Origin: Mytilus californianus
Lineage: Eukaryota
Length of the DNA stretch: 64,000 nt
Assembly: GCF_021869535.1 (NCBI RefSeq)
Contig: NW_026262679.1
Span: 50,096,001-50,160,000 of the forward strand
Reading direction: 5' to 3'
Shown: positions 39,379 to 50,893 of the stretch, one piece after another
Position numbering within the stretch: position 1 is the stretch's first letter
Layout of the letters: every line of letters starts with the position of its first letter
Notes under the pieces: model-generated
The model's database searches: none
The model's input: only the letters and a program-made list of their open reading frames with translations
What the model was told of the DNA's origin: nothing
Position numbers and translations under genes: made by a program

Positions 39379-39464
39379 GAGTACAGGGATTCGAACCTAA
39401 ACCGACAAATCCCGATCTTTAACTCATTGATTTTAACCATGCTAACCTCGCGGCTACCAACTCA
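39379..39464 (-). ncRNA. tRNA-like Pol III cassette (pseudo-tRNA)
   Basis: A box TGGTAGCCGCGAGGTT, B box GGTTCGAATCCC; no clean cloverleaf. Confidence 0.45.
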
Positions 39465-39575
39465 TACTATACGACTGCCTATTGTGTCTATATAAAGGTA
39501 CAAGCCCTGTGTGTCCGATGAACCGATGTATATCAGATGTTCATTTAAATATATATAAAAAACATCTATAGTGTA

Positions 39576-39663
39576 ACCCATTGGTAGCCGAGAGGTTTCG
39601 TCGGTGTGCTGATGTCAGTCACACAAAACAGATTTCAAGGAAGGGTTCGATTCCCAGTGAAGG
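39576..39663 (+). ncRNA. tRNA-like Pol III cassette (pseudo-tRNA)
   Basis: A box TGGTAGCCGAGAGGTT, B box GGGTTCGATTCCC; no clean cloverleaf. Confidence 0.45.
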
Positions 39664-41319
39664 CATATAAAAATTACAAAAATTAAAGTTTTTAAATTAA
39701 TTCCATTAGTGAACAGAAATCAGTAAATTAGCTTATTTAAACTTAATGAAATTAGGCACACAAAGGAAACAATTGAATATAATTTGGTGAGTCAATTTCA
39801 GCGGCAGATTTAGGAAGCGTTGATTCTAGAAAAAGAATCCACGGTAAATGAATAGGCTGACGTCACCACAATGGTTTAAATTAACAGACCTACAAGTTCA
39901 GATTTAGTTTTTTTTTCTGTCAACGGGATTGAATGTCGTTTTGGACGGCGTGTACGCTGTCCGAAGGTGATAGACGTCTTAATAAATCTAAAAACTGCCA
40001 ATTTTCATTATTTCATGCGTGAGGGGATCGGTTCTGATTGAGGACATCGTGAATGCGTGAGGGGAAGTGCAATCATATCTTTATATCGAAAAATGCAACA
40101 ATCACTTCAAAGAAAGGCAAGTAACTTGCATAGTTTTATTGAAGTTTATAACAAATATAAATTGACAATGGAAATGGAAATGGCTACGACGTCAATATAA
40201 TTGGTTTAGATTTATAATTGACTATGTTTTTTTCTCGTGTGCATGTATTAAGACTTTAATCTATGTTTTAGATGGATAGAACACGCCACCATTGCCTGCA
40301 TTGTGACAAGTCATATACTCACCGTCCAAAGCTGAACTTCAGTGTAAAGCTGGTACATGAAAACACATGAGTCGAGAAAAGTCACAAGGCCAAAGATTAA
40401 AAAAATGTTTGCACTTCCCCTCACGCATTCACGATGTCCTCAATCAGAACCGATCCCCTCACGCATGAAATAATGAAAATTGGCAGTTTTTAGATTTATT
40501 AAGACGTCTATCACCTTCGGACAGCGTACACGCCGCCCAAAACGACATTCAATCCCGTTGACAGAAAAAAAACTAAATCTGAACTTGTACATGTAGGTCT
40601 GTTAATAGAACCATCTCAAAATTTAAATGTCACTTTTTTCGGCAATTACTCGTGGGACGATTGATTTTGTAGGAGTTTTACTCAATGCACAATAGTAAAT
40701 GATACATGTGTCTCTTTGTTAAAGTATTCACCACAGCATAGCATTCTCCGATTTTCAATATTTTGATCAGTTGAATTAGAAAATTGCGATTTAGAAATGT
40801 ACATACCTTTTGAAGCGGTGACAGTTACTCCACTCAAGCATAACCGGAAAATCCTCTCACGGTTTTCATTGCAGAACCGATTGTTCTGCGTGTGTAGATT
40901 ACCAGCCGTGCAAGTATGAATTTGTGGTGTAAACAACAATATTTCCAGTGAAAACAAAAACAAATACGTGCTGAAATTTCAATGTACCATGCGATTCTTA
41001 TCAAAACAAACAGACTAATAGTCCCATTAAAACAAACGTGGCAACATCCAATACATGTATGCATGTACGTACAAATAACTAACTAAAATCAATTATTATA
41101 TTTACTTACAAATACATTTTTTATTTGTTATCAACGGATTATTTGTTAAAAAAAACATGCGTAATAGATATCAATTTATATTTATAATTGAAATCTTTTA
41201 TTTGCATAGTATTTTGTCTCGCCTGCGATAAAGTCGCAGAATGGGAGACATAGGTACATGTATTACAATCCGGTGGCAGTGGCGACGACGACGGCGGCGA
41301 CGTCGTAAACTATTCGTTT

Positions 41320-41940
41320 AAGGGCATACGGTATAGTTTTGATCCAACGGTGATTTTTTTTTACGAAAATTTGCATACAAGGTATTTTCCAACTAGTCAA
41401 TTCAAATATGTAATAAAAAATATACCTTCATGTGCTACTTTTAAAGATAAATGGGGTCGAAATTTTAGACGTTTACCCAAAATGTCGGTTTCTTGGACAT
41501 TTCTATCCTTTGGATAGACATTCCTAACTTTTTTTGTTTTAAAAGATAAACACAAGGGGAATTTTGTAAAATCATTTGGAATATCTTCTCTATATCAGTA
41601 TGATCTAAATTCAAGTAACAATTTTTTGGAAATGATTCATTCTTATTAAAATTTCATGATTTAGAAAAAAACCGGCATTTTTTGCTGTATATTTACCGAA
41701 TTGAAAAAAATTTTCATCGGTGATTTTTTTCATAAAACCTTGGTACAAATAATCTTCATGCATAATCAAACCAAATGCCATTTGAAAAATGAGGGGTCAA
41801 TGTGCTCATTTTCAAGCTTTTGATTAAAATCAGCCGAAATATACATCTTTTCCCGATATGTCACAGTTTGACGTCCGAAAAATAACATTTTACATTAGTA
41901 ACCTCATTACCTCCCCTGTAACTGTATCATATGCCCTTTT
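41320..41940. mobile_element. Kolobok-type MITE (AAGGGCATA family)
   Basis: TTAAGGGCATACGGTATAG ... CTGTATCATATGCCCTTTTAA; homologous to 35105-35980. Confidence 0.75.
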
Positions 41941-42445
41941 AAATAAAAAGCTATATATTTCAGAAGGTAGAAAACCTGGATGCTTCATACATTGCGCGCA
42001 GATACCTTCTGTTACGAAGTTTCCGTCTGTCATATGTCCATTGTCCTTGACCTCATTTTCATGTTTCAGTGACTGCTTGATAAACAGATACTATAAGCAA
42101 TAGGTCAACTATATTTTTATGTATGGAATGATTGTATGTTGTAGATGTCTGTCTGGCGGGATTCATATGACCTTGACTTTATTTTCATGTTTCATTGGCC
42201 ATTGTTAAGATTTTTGGTTTGATCTTTTTCTCGGGTACTTTTAGCAATAGGACCACTATATTTGGTGTATGGAATGATTGTAAGATGTACATGTCTGTCT
42301 GGCATGGTTCATCTGACAGTGACCTCATTTTCATAGAACATTGATAATGTTAAGTTTATGTGATACTTGTAGTAAAACCTTCATATTACATACTTTCAAC
42401 ATGAATTCAATGATAAGTACAACAGGCGAGACATTTCAGCGTGTG

Positions 42446-42700
42446 ATTTGATTTGATTTTTGTGTTTTAACGCCACTTTTAAGTACCGCTTTTGGGCTAT
42501 TTCGTGGCGGCCAGTTTTTATTGGTGGAGGAAGCCGGAGTACCCGGAGAAAACCACCGACCTTCGATAGGAAAACTGACAATCCTAGTCAATTAAGATTG
42601 GAGTCGAGTGCACCCGCACGATCGGGGTTCGAACTCACAACCTCAGTGTTGACTTGCTAGTGATTACAGTAGTAACTACTTAGACCACTCGGCCACCGAG
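42446..42700 (-). mobile_element. tRNA-head V-domain-like SINE with 12-bp TSD
   Basis: Reverse complement of 25193-25456 with few differences; TSD TTTCAGCGTGTG at 42434-42445 and 42701-42712. Confidence 0.9.
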
Positions 42701-44244
42701 TTTCAGCGTGTGTACTCTTGTGTTAATATATTTGTAAAGGTTAGTGTGCATGGTTTTTTATATCACTTAATACGACGCATACGATTACGACTAGATAAGC
42801 GGGAATTGATGACCCTTCCGGCGTTCACACCAGGTTTTTTTTGTAGGAATCGTGTTGCGCATTTTTAATTTTCTCTGTAGTGTATTGACATTGTTGTGTT
42901 CCTTTTCATATTGTATTGTTTTATTGTGTTGTATGTGATTCTTTCACGTATGGTTTTTAATTGCTCTTTTATTGTATTTTTTGTATACTGTATAATTAGT
43001 AACAAAGGCCTTGATGGCATACTGAATGTATTTATTAAAGTTGAGCATACACGTGTTTCTATTATGTAAACAATCACACGTGAGTGTGTGTCCGCATAGT
43101 GGTCATCTATTGGTGCCACTGTTTATATTAAATAAACAGGTTTGTGTTTTTAAATATATGATATTTCGGACTGGTCAATATTTGTCGCATTGCGTAAATA
43201 TATTGAGTATGATATTTGATATGTAAATAGCACGGGATTTTTAAAGCGCGAATAGTTTTCTTGTTAAAGTAAGTTAAGATATATTGTCATTCGAAGCTCG
43301 TATACCGTTCAGTATAGTTTAGTTTAGTTTAGGTAAAGACACGCCCCTCCCCCCCCCCCCCCCCCCCCCCATTGAATGCTTGTATATTTGAAATGTTTTT
43401 ACGCATAGAAGATAGATATTTATACTACCAGTATGACATTTTTTGGTTGATCATTAAGACCTATATATGTATATATGATTTCTCATTTTGATTTTCTATT
43501 TTGTAGGCTGTCGTGTACTACGCAGCGGTGTTGCCGTTTAATATCATGATGACATCGGGACTCAAATTTAATTATGTTTTAATAAAATTATCACAGTAAG
43601 CTGCACATGCTAGCGAGCTATTCCTATGAAACAAGTGTTTGTTTTTCATTTTATAAATACTTTATATTCGTTTGAGGTAACGAATTAGAATATAATTACA
43701 TTTAGTGTTAAACACGTATTTTTTAAGGTTTTTTTTTGAAAATGAAATACATTTCAAATTTCTGAATTTCGTTTTCGTTGAAAGAGAAGTTGCCTTCATT
43801 AATTTCTCATAATTTTAGGTCATATTAAAAATAGAAATTGCATCTATATACCCCAAACCCGTGGCAGTCTTTTTTATTATGAAATCCGATACTCTCCTTG
43901 TATCCGGAATCGGCTGAGTTCAGACGAGTGAATATCTATCGTGACCTCTTATACATGTCAAATCGAAACCCCATTCACTTATTTAAGCATGCTTGAAGAA
44001 GACTGTCTTGACAACCAATAAAAAAACGGTCAAAATGGTATTTCAGTATAACAATTATACCTAATACAGATTGGAAGCTGCGCTTGTCAACATGAGAATC
44101 ATTCATGACTTTTTTAAATGCGAAGTAAATACTTTTTTGGAAATTGTTGGTTGCACTGCCTAAATCTTGTCATTGTGAACGGTTGACGAGTCCGTTGAAG
44201 GTTTCAGAATTTTGATGGTAATTCGAAGTAAAATCATAACTGTC

Positions 44245-44680
44245 CCAGGTTAGGAGAGGGTTGAGCGCATACAAACATTTTTTACGGCATAACATCATAG
44301 TATTACCAGATTCTATATATTTGTTTATTGTTTTGTCAGAAATCATGCCGTAGGTTTTTTGTTTTGAATTGTTTTTCATTTTGTCATGGCGTGGCTTTTT
44401 ATAGCTTACTTAATATACGTTATTGGTTTTGCTCCATGTTGGAGGCCATACTGTGACCTATAGTTGATTAAACCCGCTTCTTTGGAATTCTGCTGAGTAT
44501 AAAAATAAGGAGATGAGGTATGATTGCCAATGAGACAACTATCCACCAAAGTTTAAATGAAGTGGATGTAAGCAATAATAGGCAACCGTACGGCCTTCAA
44601 CAATGAGAAAAAATCCATACCGTATAGTCGGCTATAAAAGGTTGTTTCATTGGGAATCATACCACATCTTATTTTATATG
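44245..44680. repeat. Two family B retro-tail fragments in opposite orientations
   Basis: A + orientation fragment (GGGTTGAGCGCATACAAAC...) abuts an ATAAGGAGATGAGGTATGATTGCCAATGAGAC fragment. Confidence 0.6.
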
Positions 44681-45089
44681 GTTCACCACAGCTTTTGCAC
44701 TGTACATTCGGATTGTACCAAGACTATAATTAATTTTTACTGAAAAAATGAGTCCGTGGAATCTGTGGATGGAATCTCATGAAAAGCACATACAATATAT
44801 TTATAAATGGCCGTGCATTTTTAATGTATATATAAAGTGAAATCCATATTGTGGGGGGAAAGTGGCTATATGTATACGTATTGTCAACTTTCCGCGGGGG
44901 AGAATGGCAATGATTCAAAATTTCCCCGGGGCAAAATGAGATCATGGGTATATAACAACGGCCCTTTTATATTAAGATGAAACTTGTATGGATAAAATTA
45001 AAACAGCTAGTCAGTGCACATCTTATTAAGATAATCCATCTAAAAGCCTACATTGGATTTATTATTCTTATTTCGATTTTCGATCATTC

Positions 45090-45697
45090 CCTTTCACTTA
45101 TGCCTAGAAAACCTTGACGATTTTTTTCTTGAAAAATAAGTGTTGTAAAATTTCAACTATCGGCAAACAGGAAGTGGCTACATGGCAGATTTAACAATTG
45201 CTTACTCGCTACCATTCAATATCATCAAGCTGCAGACCAAATATTCAAATTATTCCCTTCAGTAGGAGCCAAGATAACTGCTTGACGAAATTTTTTCCTT
45301 GTACAATGAGTGTTGTAAAATTTCAAACTATCAGCAAACAGGAAGTGGCCTCATGGAGATGTAAAAATTGAATACTCGCTACAGCTCAACATAATCCAGC
45401 TGCAGACCAAATATTAAATCATTCCCTTCAATAGGAGCCGAGAAAAACTTTGACGAAAAATTTCCTTGTACAATGAATGCTGTAAGTTTCAATAAATCTG
45501 CAAACAGGGAGTAGATACATAGCAGAGTTAAAATTGCTTACTCGCTACAACTTAGCATTATAAAGCTGCAGATCAAGTATTAAATCCTTTCCATTCATAG
45601 AAGCCAAGAAAACCTTGACGAAAGTTTTCTTTCAGATGGACGGACGGAGTCGAGCGATTACTAGACATGCTTCCGCCTTTGGCAATGCGGGTAAAAA
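45090..45697 (-). mobile_element. Helentron-type element with about three tandem core repeats of about 165 bp
   Basis: TTGACGAAA...CAAACAGGAAGTG...TACTCGCTAC...GCTGCAGACC repeated three times; GGACGGACGG microsatellite and GCGGGTAAAAA end. Confidence 0.65.
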
Positions 45698-45777
45698 TAT
45701 CATAATGATAGTCAAACACACAGAAGCAAGTATAAATTGTTTATTCTTTAAAAAATGATTATTTAATACCATAAAGT

Positions 45778-48501
45778 TTATACTGATACGGAGGGTAATT
45801 CGGAAACGAGTGGTTTGTTTGGTCCGGTTTTTCCTACAGGGTTTGTTCTGTTTTCTTTTGAAGTCTTAGTGATATTTTTCTGTGCTCGTTGATGTTCTTT
45901 CTTCAGCTTGTTTTCTATTTTCTTAATCTTTTCTTTTATCATTGCCTCTTTTCTAACTATAACTTCTTGTCGTCTTTTTGCTGACTCTTTTGCCATTTTT
46001 CCTTAATACAACAATAAATCTTTATCTTGTTATTGTTCATGCATATTATAGCTTTTTTTTAAAGTATAGTCGGTCAAAATACATAAGCGACATCGTCCGT
46101 GCAATGTTCTACTTAGCTGGTGGTGATATAGTATGGCTACCAGTTAGGAGAAGACAAACATATTTTTTGTCAAGGAAAGAGGGACGAAAGATACCAGAGG
46201 GACAGTCAAACTCATAGATCGAAAACAAACTGACAACGCCATGGCCAAAAATAAAAAGACAAACGGACTTATAATAGTACAGATGACACAACATAGAAAA
46301 CCAAAGACTAAGCAACACGAACCAAACCAAAAACTGGGGGTGATCACAGGTGCTCCGGAAGGGTAAGCAGATCCTGCTCCTCATGTGGCACCCGTCGTGT
46401 TACTTATGTTATTACACATCCGGTAAATAGTCTTATTCGGTAAGTCACATTCGTGAAAAGGGAGGGTATTGTAGTTACGACATAAGGAACATATCCGATA
46501 TCATCTGTGAAACGGTTATTCCATAACGGTCAACCAACTCGTGATGGCGTCCGTAAAATTTACGAAGGGATGACTTCAACTTCACCATTTGGAACTCTTG
46601 GTTTAATAGCTTCCTTGTGAGCAGCAATCCTCTATCAAGGAAAACATGATAGGAAACACAAGCCCGGGAATATCGTATCAATTGGGAGATATATACTCCG
46701 TATGCAGGCGCTGTTGGAATGTTGCTACAGAGAAATGGAAAGTTCACAATTGGGAAGCTGAAATCATCACTTTTGTCGTAAAGTTTTGTTTTCAACCGAC
46801 CCTCATTGTCAATTTCTAGATGTAAGTCAAGATATGAGGCAGACTTAACTGTATCTGTAGTATCCTTTATCTCTAGTTCGATGGGATAGATTCGTTCAGC
46901 ATAGTCACCAAATTTTGTATTATTTAGTGAGAGAACATCATCTATATAGCGGAACGTAGAGTTAAAGGATATTGCTAACTTCTTATCTTTCTTCCTAAGA
47001 AGTTCCTGTATGAAGTCAGCCTCATAATAATACAGAAACTAGTCGGCAAGAAGAGGGGCACAATTGGTTCCCATTGGAATTCCGACAGTCTGTTGAAAAA
47101 CACGTTTTCCAAACGTAACAAATATGTTGTCAATTAAGAAATCAAGCATCTTGATAATGTCAGTTTCAGAGAATTTTTTGTTTGAATCAGAGTAATTCTT
47201 TACAAAGTAGGATTTATCCCTCCCCAAGACAAGATACTTGTATCTACGTTCGCCATTCTTTTTAATGAAACAAAGTAATACCAACTCTTTCAATTTGTCT
47301 TTTAGTTTGGAATGGGGAATACTTGTGTAAAGTGTAGAAAAGTCAAATGTTTTAATACTATTGCAAGATGAGAGAGTCTTAGATTGTATGTACTCTAAAA
47401 GATCTTTGGAATTTTTTAGTATCCACATCTGATTCACGTCACCTCTAGAATAGGCAGTTTCACAATAACTTTGGAGCCCGGCTTTGATTGCTGTGAGGGC
47501 AAAGCCTCACACATAGCTAGTCATATAAAACCGAAGCAAAATTATAATATTTCGTATATTCAACGTCCACAATTAAAAAGAAATCCTTTACCATTTATCT
47601 GTATTGGTTTTTGTTGTTGGTTTTGTTGTTTCTTTTGGTTTTTTTTCAAATTCTTTTTAGTTTGTATACTCAATCTATTTTTGTTTATCTTTTGCTTCCA
47701 ATGCGCATGATGCTCCGCATACAACATTCGTTTTTTTTATAAAGATGATATCACTCGCGCAAGGCACTAAAATGTATAAATCAAAATTAATTACGCGAAA
47801 CTTTTAAATTACCTTTATCCGCAAGAGCTCCAATTCGTCGAATCTCGACCATTAAACCTTTTTCCTCTTTGTCATATATATCGTCCTCTAAAAGGGAAAA
47901 TATAATATTATTAAAAACTTGTTTTCAGTAGAAAAGAACAAAATATCTGTTGCTCCCTAAAGTCTTGAATAAGAAACCATATATATTTCAAGAATAGAAA
48001 ATATAGAAGATTTTAATTACAGTAACTATACGTTTATTCAGATTAGTGTCTTCGTGATCACATAGCCATATGACTAGTCATGAAGGTCCTGGGATTCAAT
48101 ACACAGTGTACCACAAAATTCAAATTCAACTTTTCCAAATTCACTTACTTGTAACTGTCTTGCCTTCCCACAATTCTAACAAAAAAATTAATCTGAAATA
48201 TACCTTTTGAAGGGGTAGCCCTTGATTTTCCTCTTCCTCTTGTTAAACTAGTAGAACCAGGAATGGCAGGAAGTCTCCTGGGCTTTTTATTTGTTTTGTC
48301 ACTTTCTATTGTCTCTACGAAAAATCTAACTCCGCCAGAACGTTCGGACACAATGCCTATTCCACGCAATTCATTTATGATAACTGATGATGGACGTGTT
48401 TCAAATCTGTGTATTGTGCTGTGATGAGCGTTTGTTTCTACTTCTATCTTATTCTTACGGATGCACCCAGAGCAATCGAGTTTGGCAAATGCAGCTCCCA
48501 T
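45778..48501 (-). CDS. 198-aa N-myristoylated, stathmin-domain-like protein; complement join of exons 48501-48204, 47887-47813, 46001-45778
   Basis: MGAAFAKLDCSGC N-terminus; SERSGGVRFFV and KPRRLPAIP resemble stathmin/STMND1-type N-terminal motifs; a 75-nt phase 1-1 exon (EDDIYDKEEKGLMVEIRRIGALADK); basic coiled coil AKESAKRRQEVIVRKEAMIKEKIKKIENKLKKE; GT-AG junctions all phase 1. Confidence 0.7.
46170..47530 (-). mobile_element. 5'-truncated Penelope-like element RT (no C-terminal GIY-YIG; Naiad/Chlamys-like architecture) with one nonsense codon
   Basis: FSTLYTSIPH, GIPMGTNCAPLLAD, TAG in place of TTG at about 47040, frame continues FRYIDDVLS ... IPTAPAYGVYISQLIRYSRAC to a stop at 46475; lies in intron 2 of the stathmin-like gene. 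Confidence 0.88.
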
Positions 48502-49973
48502 TTTTTCTTTTGGATGATATCATCAAACGGATCTCGTACTAGGGTTTCCAAGGCGCATTTGTGACGTTTTAGGTCATTGTTTGTGATTTAACGTCATGTT
48601 TCGATTCGCTGTTGCAATTCTGTTATACATTAGACTCTTTCATGAGGATTACAGATATTAATTTTCAATCCCCGTGCTATCGATTTATTCTTTAAAGTAG
48701 TTGTTTCTTTCATGAAAATAATAAAATAAAAAAAACATATGAAAAGGAAAATACAACTTTTTAAATGTGTTGCGTTCAAAGCTTTAAATGTTCTAGTTTT
48801 ACCTTTGCCAAGAACGCTCAAATTCAAGTTTTGGATTTCAAGGATATATCAAAGTTGAATAGTTAAGGAGCTATATGACAAAAGGGGGCCTAAAATGATT
48901 AGCAAAATCCATCTTAAGGCTTTGTCTTTGAGAATTTGAACCCAAGTTTCTTAATAATTTCTAAATTTATTAACGGAGAAGTTTATGATATGGTAATCAT
49001 GCACTAACGCTTAAGGAATTTTTCTGTGTAACTTTTTATCAGAACTCTTATCATTTCGATGTACGTGAGTTTTTTTAATGTTATCAAGTTTTCATTCTAT
49101 AAAATGATATTTGGGCCAGCTGTATAAATTTACTCAGTCTCAGTGTATTTTACATATGACGGGCACAATTCTATAATTGTTTTAAATGGATATTATAAAT
49201 GCGTTGATATTTAATCAGAATGTATCAAATGTGAGACTTCAACATTATGCCAAAGTTTTGCTTTTCTTTTCTATTTGGTAACTTTTTTTAACGTTTTTCG
49301 TAAACATTACATACTTATGAGTACTGTAGTTTGCTAAGTAAAAATTGGCATGGAACTGTAATAATGTTTAGTTAAATATGGGTGTTTTATTCGTGTATGT
49401 ATGTTTCTTCCAGGATGACTGGTAGGTTTTGGTAATTATACTGAACACGAAACAAATAAAAACAAACGGAAATGGCATTGTTTGTTATGTTCAGAACACA
49501 GGCTCATGATAATAAGTGATGCTTGCTCGATCGATAATGTAACATGACTATTGCTAAGCGTGCGTGTATTTGTCTTCATCCACACACATGACAAATTTCA
49601 TTCTCATATGAAATTATTATTTCAAAGTCGAATTGTATTATCAAATTCATTATGGAACCTTAAATCTTAATTATTTTTTTTCACAGAACAAGAATTCTGA
49701 ATGCAAAAGCACTCTTGCATTCAACTTGTTTTGCAGACAGTATGGGCTGATGCATAGTTATTTTCACTTTTTAGTGGAAAGCTTGCATGTAGTTTTAGTT
49801 ATAACAGGCATATATTTGAACCACTTTCTATCCTATAGAAGAAAATAAAGGTAGTATATGGAACGTCTATGGTGCATTATCATTGCAAAGTGTTTTTTTT
49901 ACAGATTTAGAGCTACCAATTATTCCAAGCACGCATTGTCACTTCCAACTGCGAAGAGCCAATAAATATTCGT

Positions 49974-50271
49974 TTTGTTATATGAGTATGTAATAAATTG
50001 ATTTTGATTGTTTGTTATATGAGTATGTAATAAATTAGATTTTGATTGTTTGTTATATGAGTATGTAATAAATTGATTTTGATTGTTTGTTATATGAGTA
50101 TGTAATAAATTGATTTTGATTGTTTTTTATATGAGTATGTAATAAATTGATTTTGATTGTTTGTTATATGAGTATGTAATAAATTGATTTTGATTGTTTG
50201 TTATATGAGTATGTAATAAATTAGATTTTGATTGTTTGTTATATGAGTATGTAATAAATTAGATTTTGATT
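49974..50271. repeat. Minisatellite, 37-38 bp unit, about 8 copies
   Basis: TTGTTATATGAGTATGTAATAAATT(A)GATTTTGATTGT in tandem. Confidence 0.95.
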
Positions 50272-50609
50272 GGCCAGCAGGTCAAACCTAATAACTTCTG
50301 CTAACATGTAATCCCTCTCCAAACAAAAAAGGTACACTATTTCACATGCATGACTACACAAATTTATTCATTTCAAAATTACCCCATACATGACTGGAAG
50401 AATGCTTCAAATAATTAACTTTAAATAATATTAATAATATGCTTCGTAACACATAGGTGTCTATAAAATATATCAAGCATCAAATCGCCCAGTGTTTTTA
50501 AAAGTTTAAAATAACATACTCTTAGACTAAAAAATTTGCACACTATTAAGCATTGTTCCACAATTGGTTTGCTTCCTTTCAATGTACACTTTTGATATAG
50601 TTCCGCGAG

Positions 50610-50893
50610 CAAATCAAATGTATTTCTTTGAGATACACTATCTTGTATGAGCTCGAAATACATTTATTAAGTAACACGTGTCGATCTAATGTATTTCTTT
50701 GTGATACACTGTCCTGTGAGAGCTCGAAATACATTTATTAAGTGACCGGTTTCGATCGAATGTATTTAGGACAGATACACTGTCTAGTATGAGCTCGAAA
50801 TACATTTATTAAGTAACCCGTATCGATCTAATGTATTTCTTTGTGATACACTGTCCTGTGAGAGCTCGAAATACATTTATTAAGTAACCGGAC
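50610..50893. repeat. Minisatellite, about 62 bp unit, 4-5 copies
   Basis: GATACACTGTCC...GAGCTCGAAATACATTTATTAAGT in tandem. Confidence 0.9.

Larger units (their letters stand above)
38664..39878. mobile_element. Nested 1.2-kb element with a palindromic left end and two divergent tRNA-like cassettes
   Basis: Palindrome TATAGATACAATGGATAAGCGTGGATT ... AATCTACGCTTATCCATTGTATCTATA (about 38667-38771); AGCGT(G/T)GATTCT(T/A)GAAAAAGAA recurs near the right end (about 39816); interrupts the host TIR. Confidence 0.6.
38360..40910. mobile_element. Non-autonomous DNA transposon with about 500-bp TIRs, CAC...GTG ends and a near-perfect 5-bp TSD (Transib/RAG-like or CMC group); left TIR split by a 1.2-kb insertion
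   Basis: 38360-38663 is the reverse complement of 40607-40910, and 39879-40072 of about 40409-40606; flanks CGAGT (38355-38359) and CAAGT (40911-40915). Confidence 0.8.
41211..42722 (+). mobile_element. Helentron-type element with a nested Kolobok MITE and a nested SINE
   Basis: Subterminal IR TGTCTCGCCTG (41215) / CAGGCGAGACA (42423); GGCGAC/GGCGGC microsatellite; TGACCTTGACCT repeats. Confidence 0.7.

Noticed and set aside
38433-40963. Two near-identical ORFs on opposite strands (38433-38624 and 40682-40963)
   Set aside because: They are mirror images produced by the element's TIRs, with no transposase motif.
43346-43370. Poly-C tract as a G-quadruplex element
   Set aside because: A simple homopolymer with no supporting context.
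45471-46384. Overlapping small ORFs around 45978-46384
   Set aside because: They derive from the PLE 3' UTR repeat and the antisense of exon 3.
49974-50893. Regular repeats that might suggest a CRISPR array
   Set aside because: Head-to-tail minisatellites without unique spacers, in a eukaryotic context with no cas genes.
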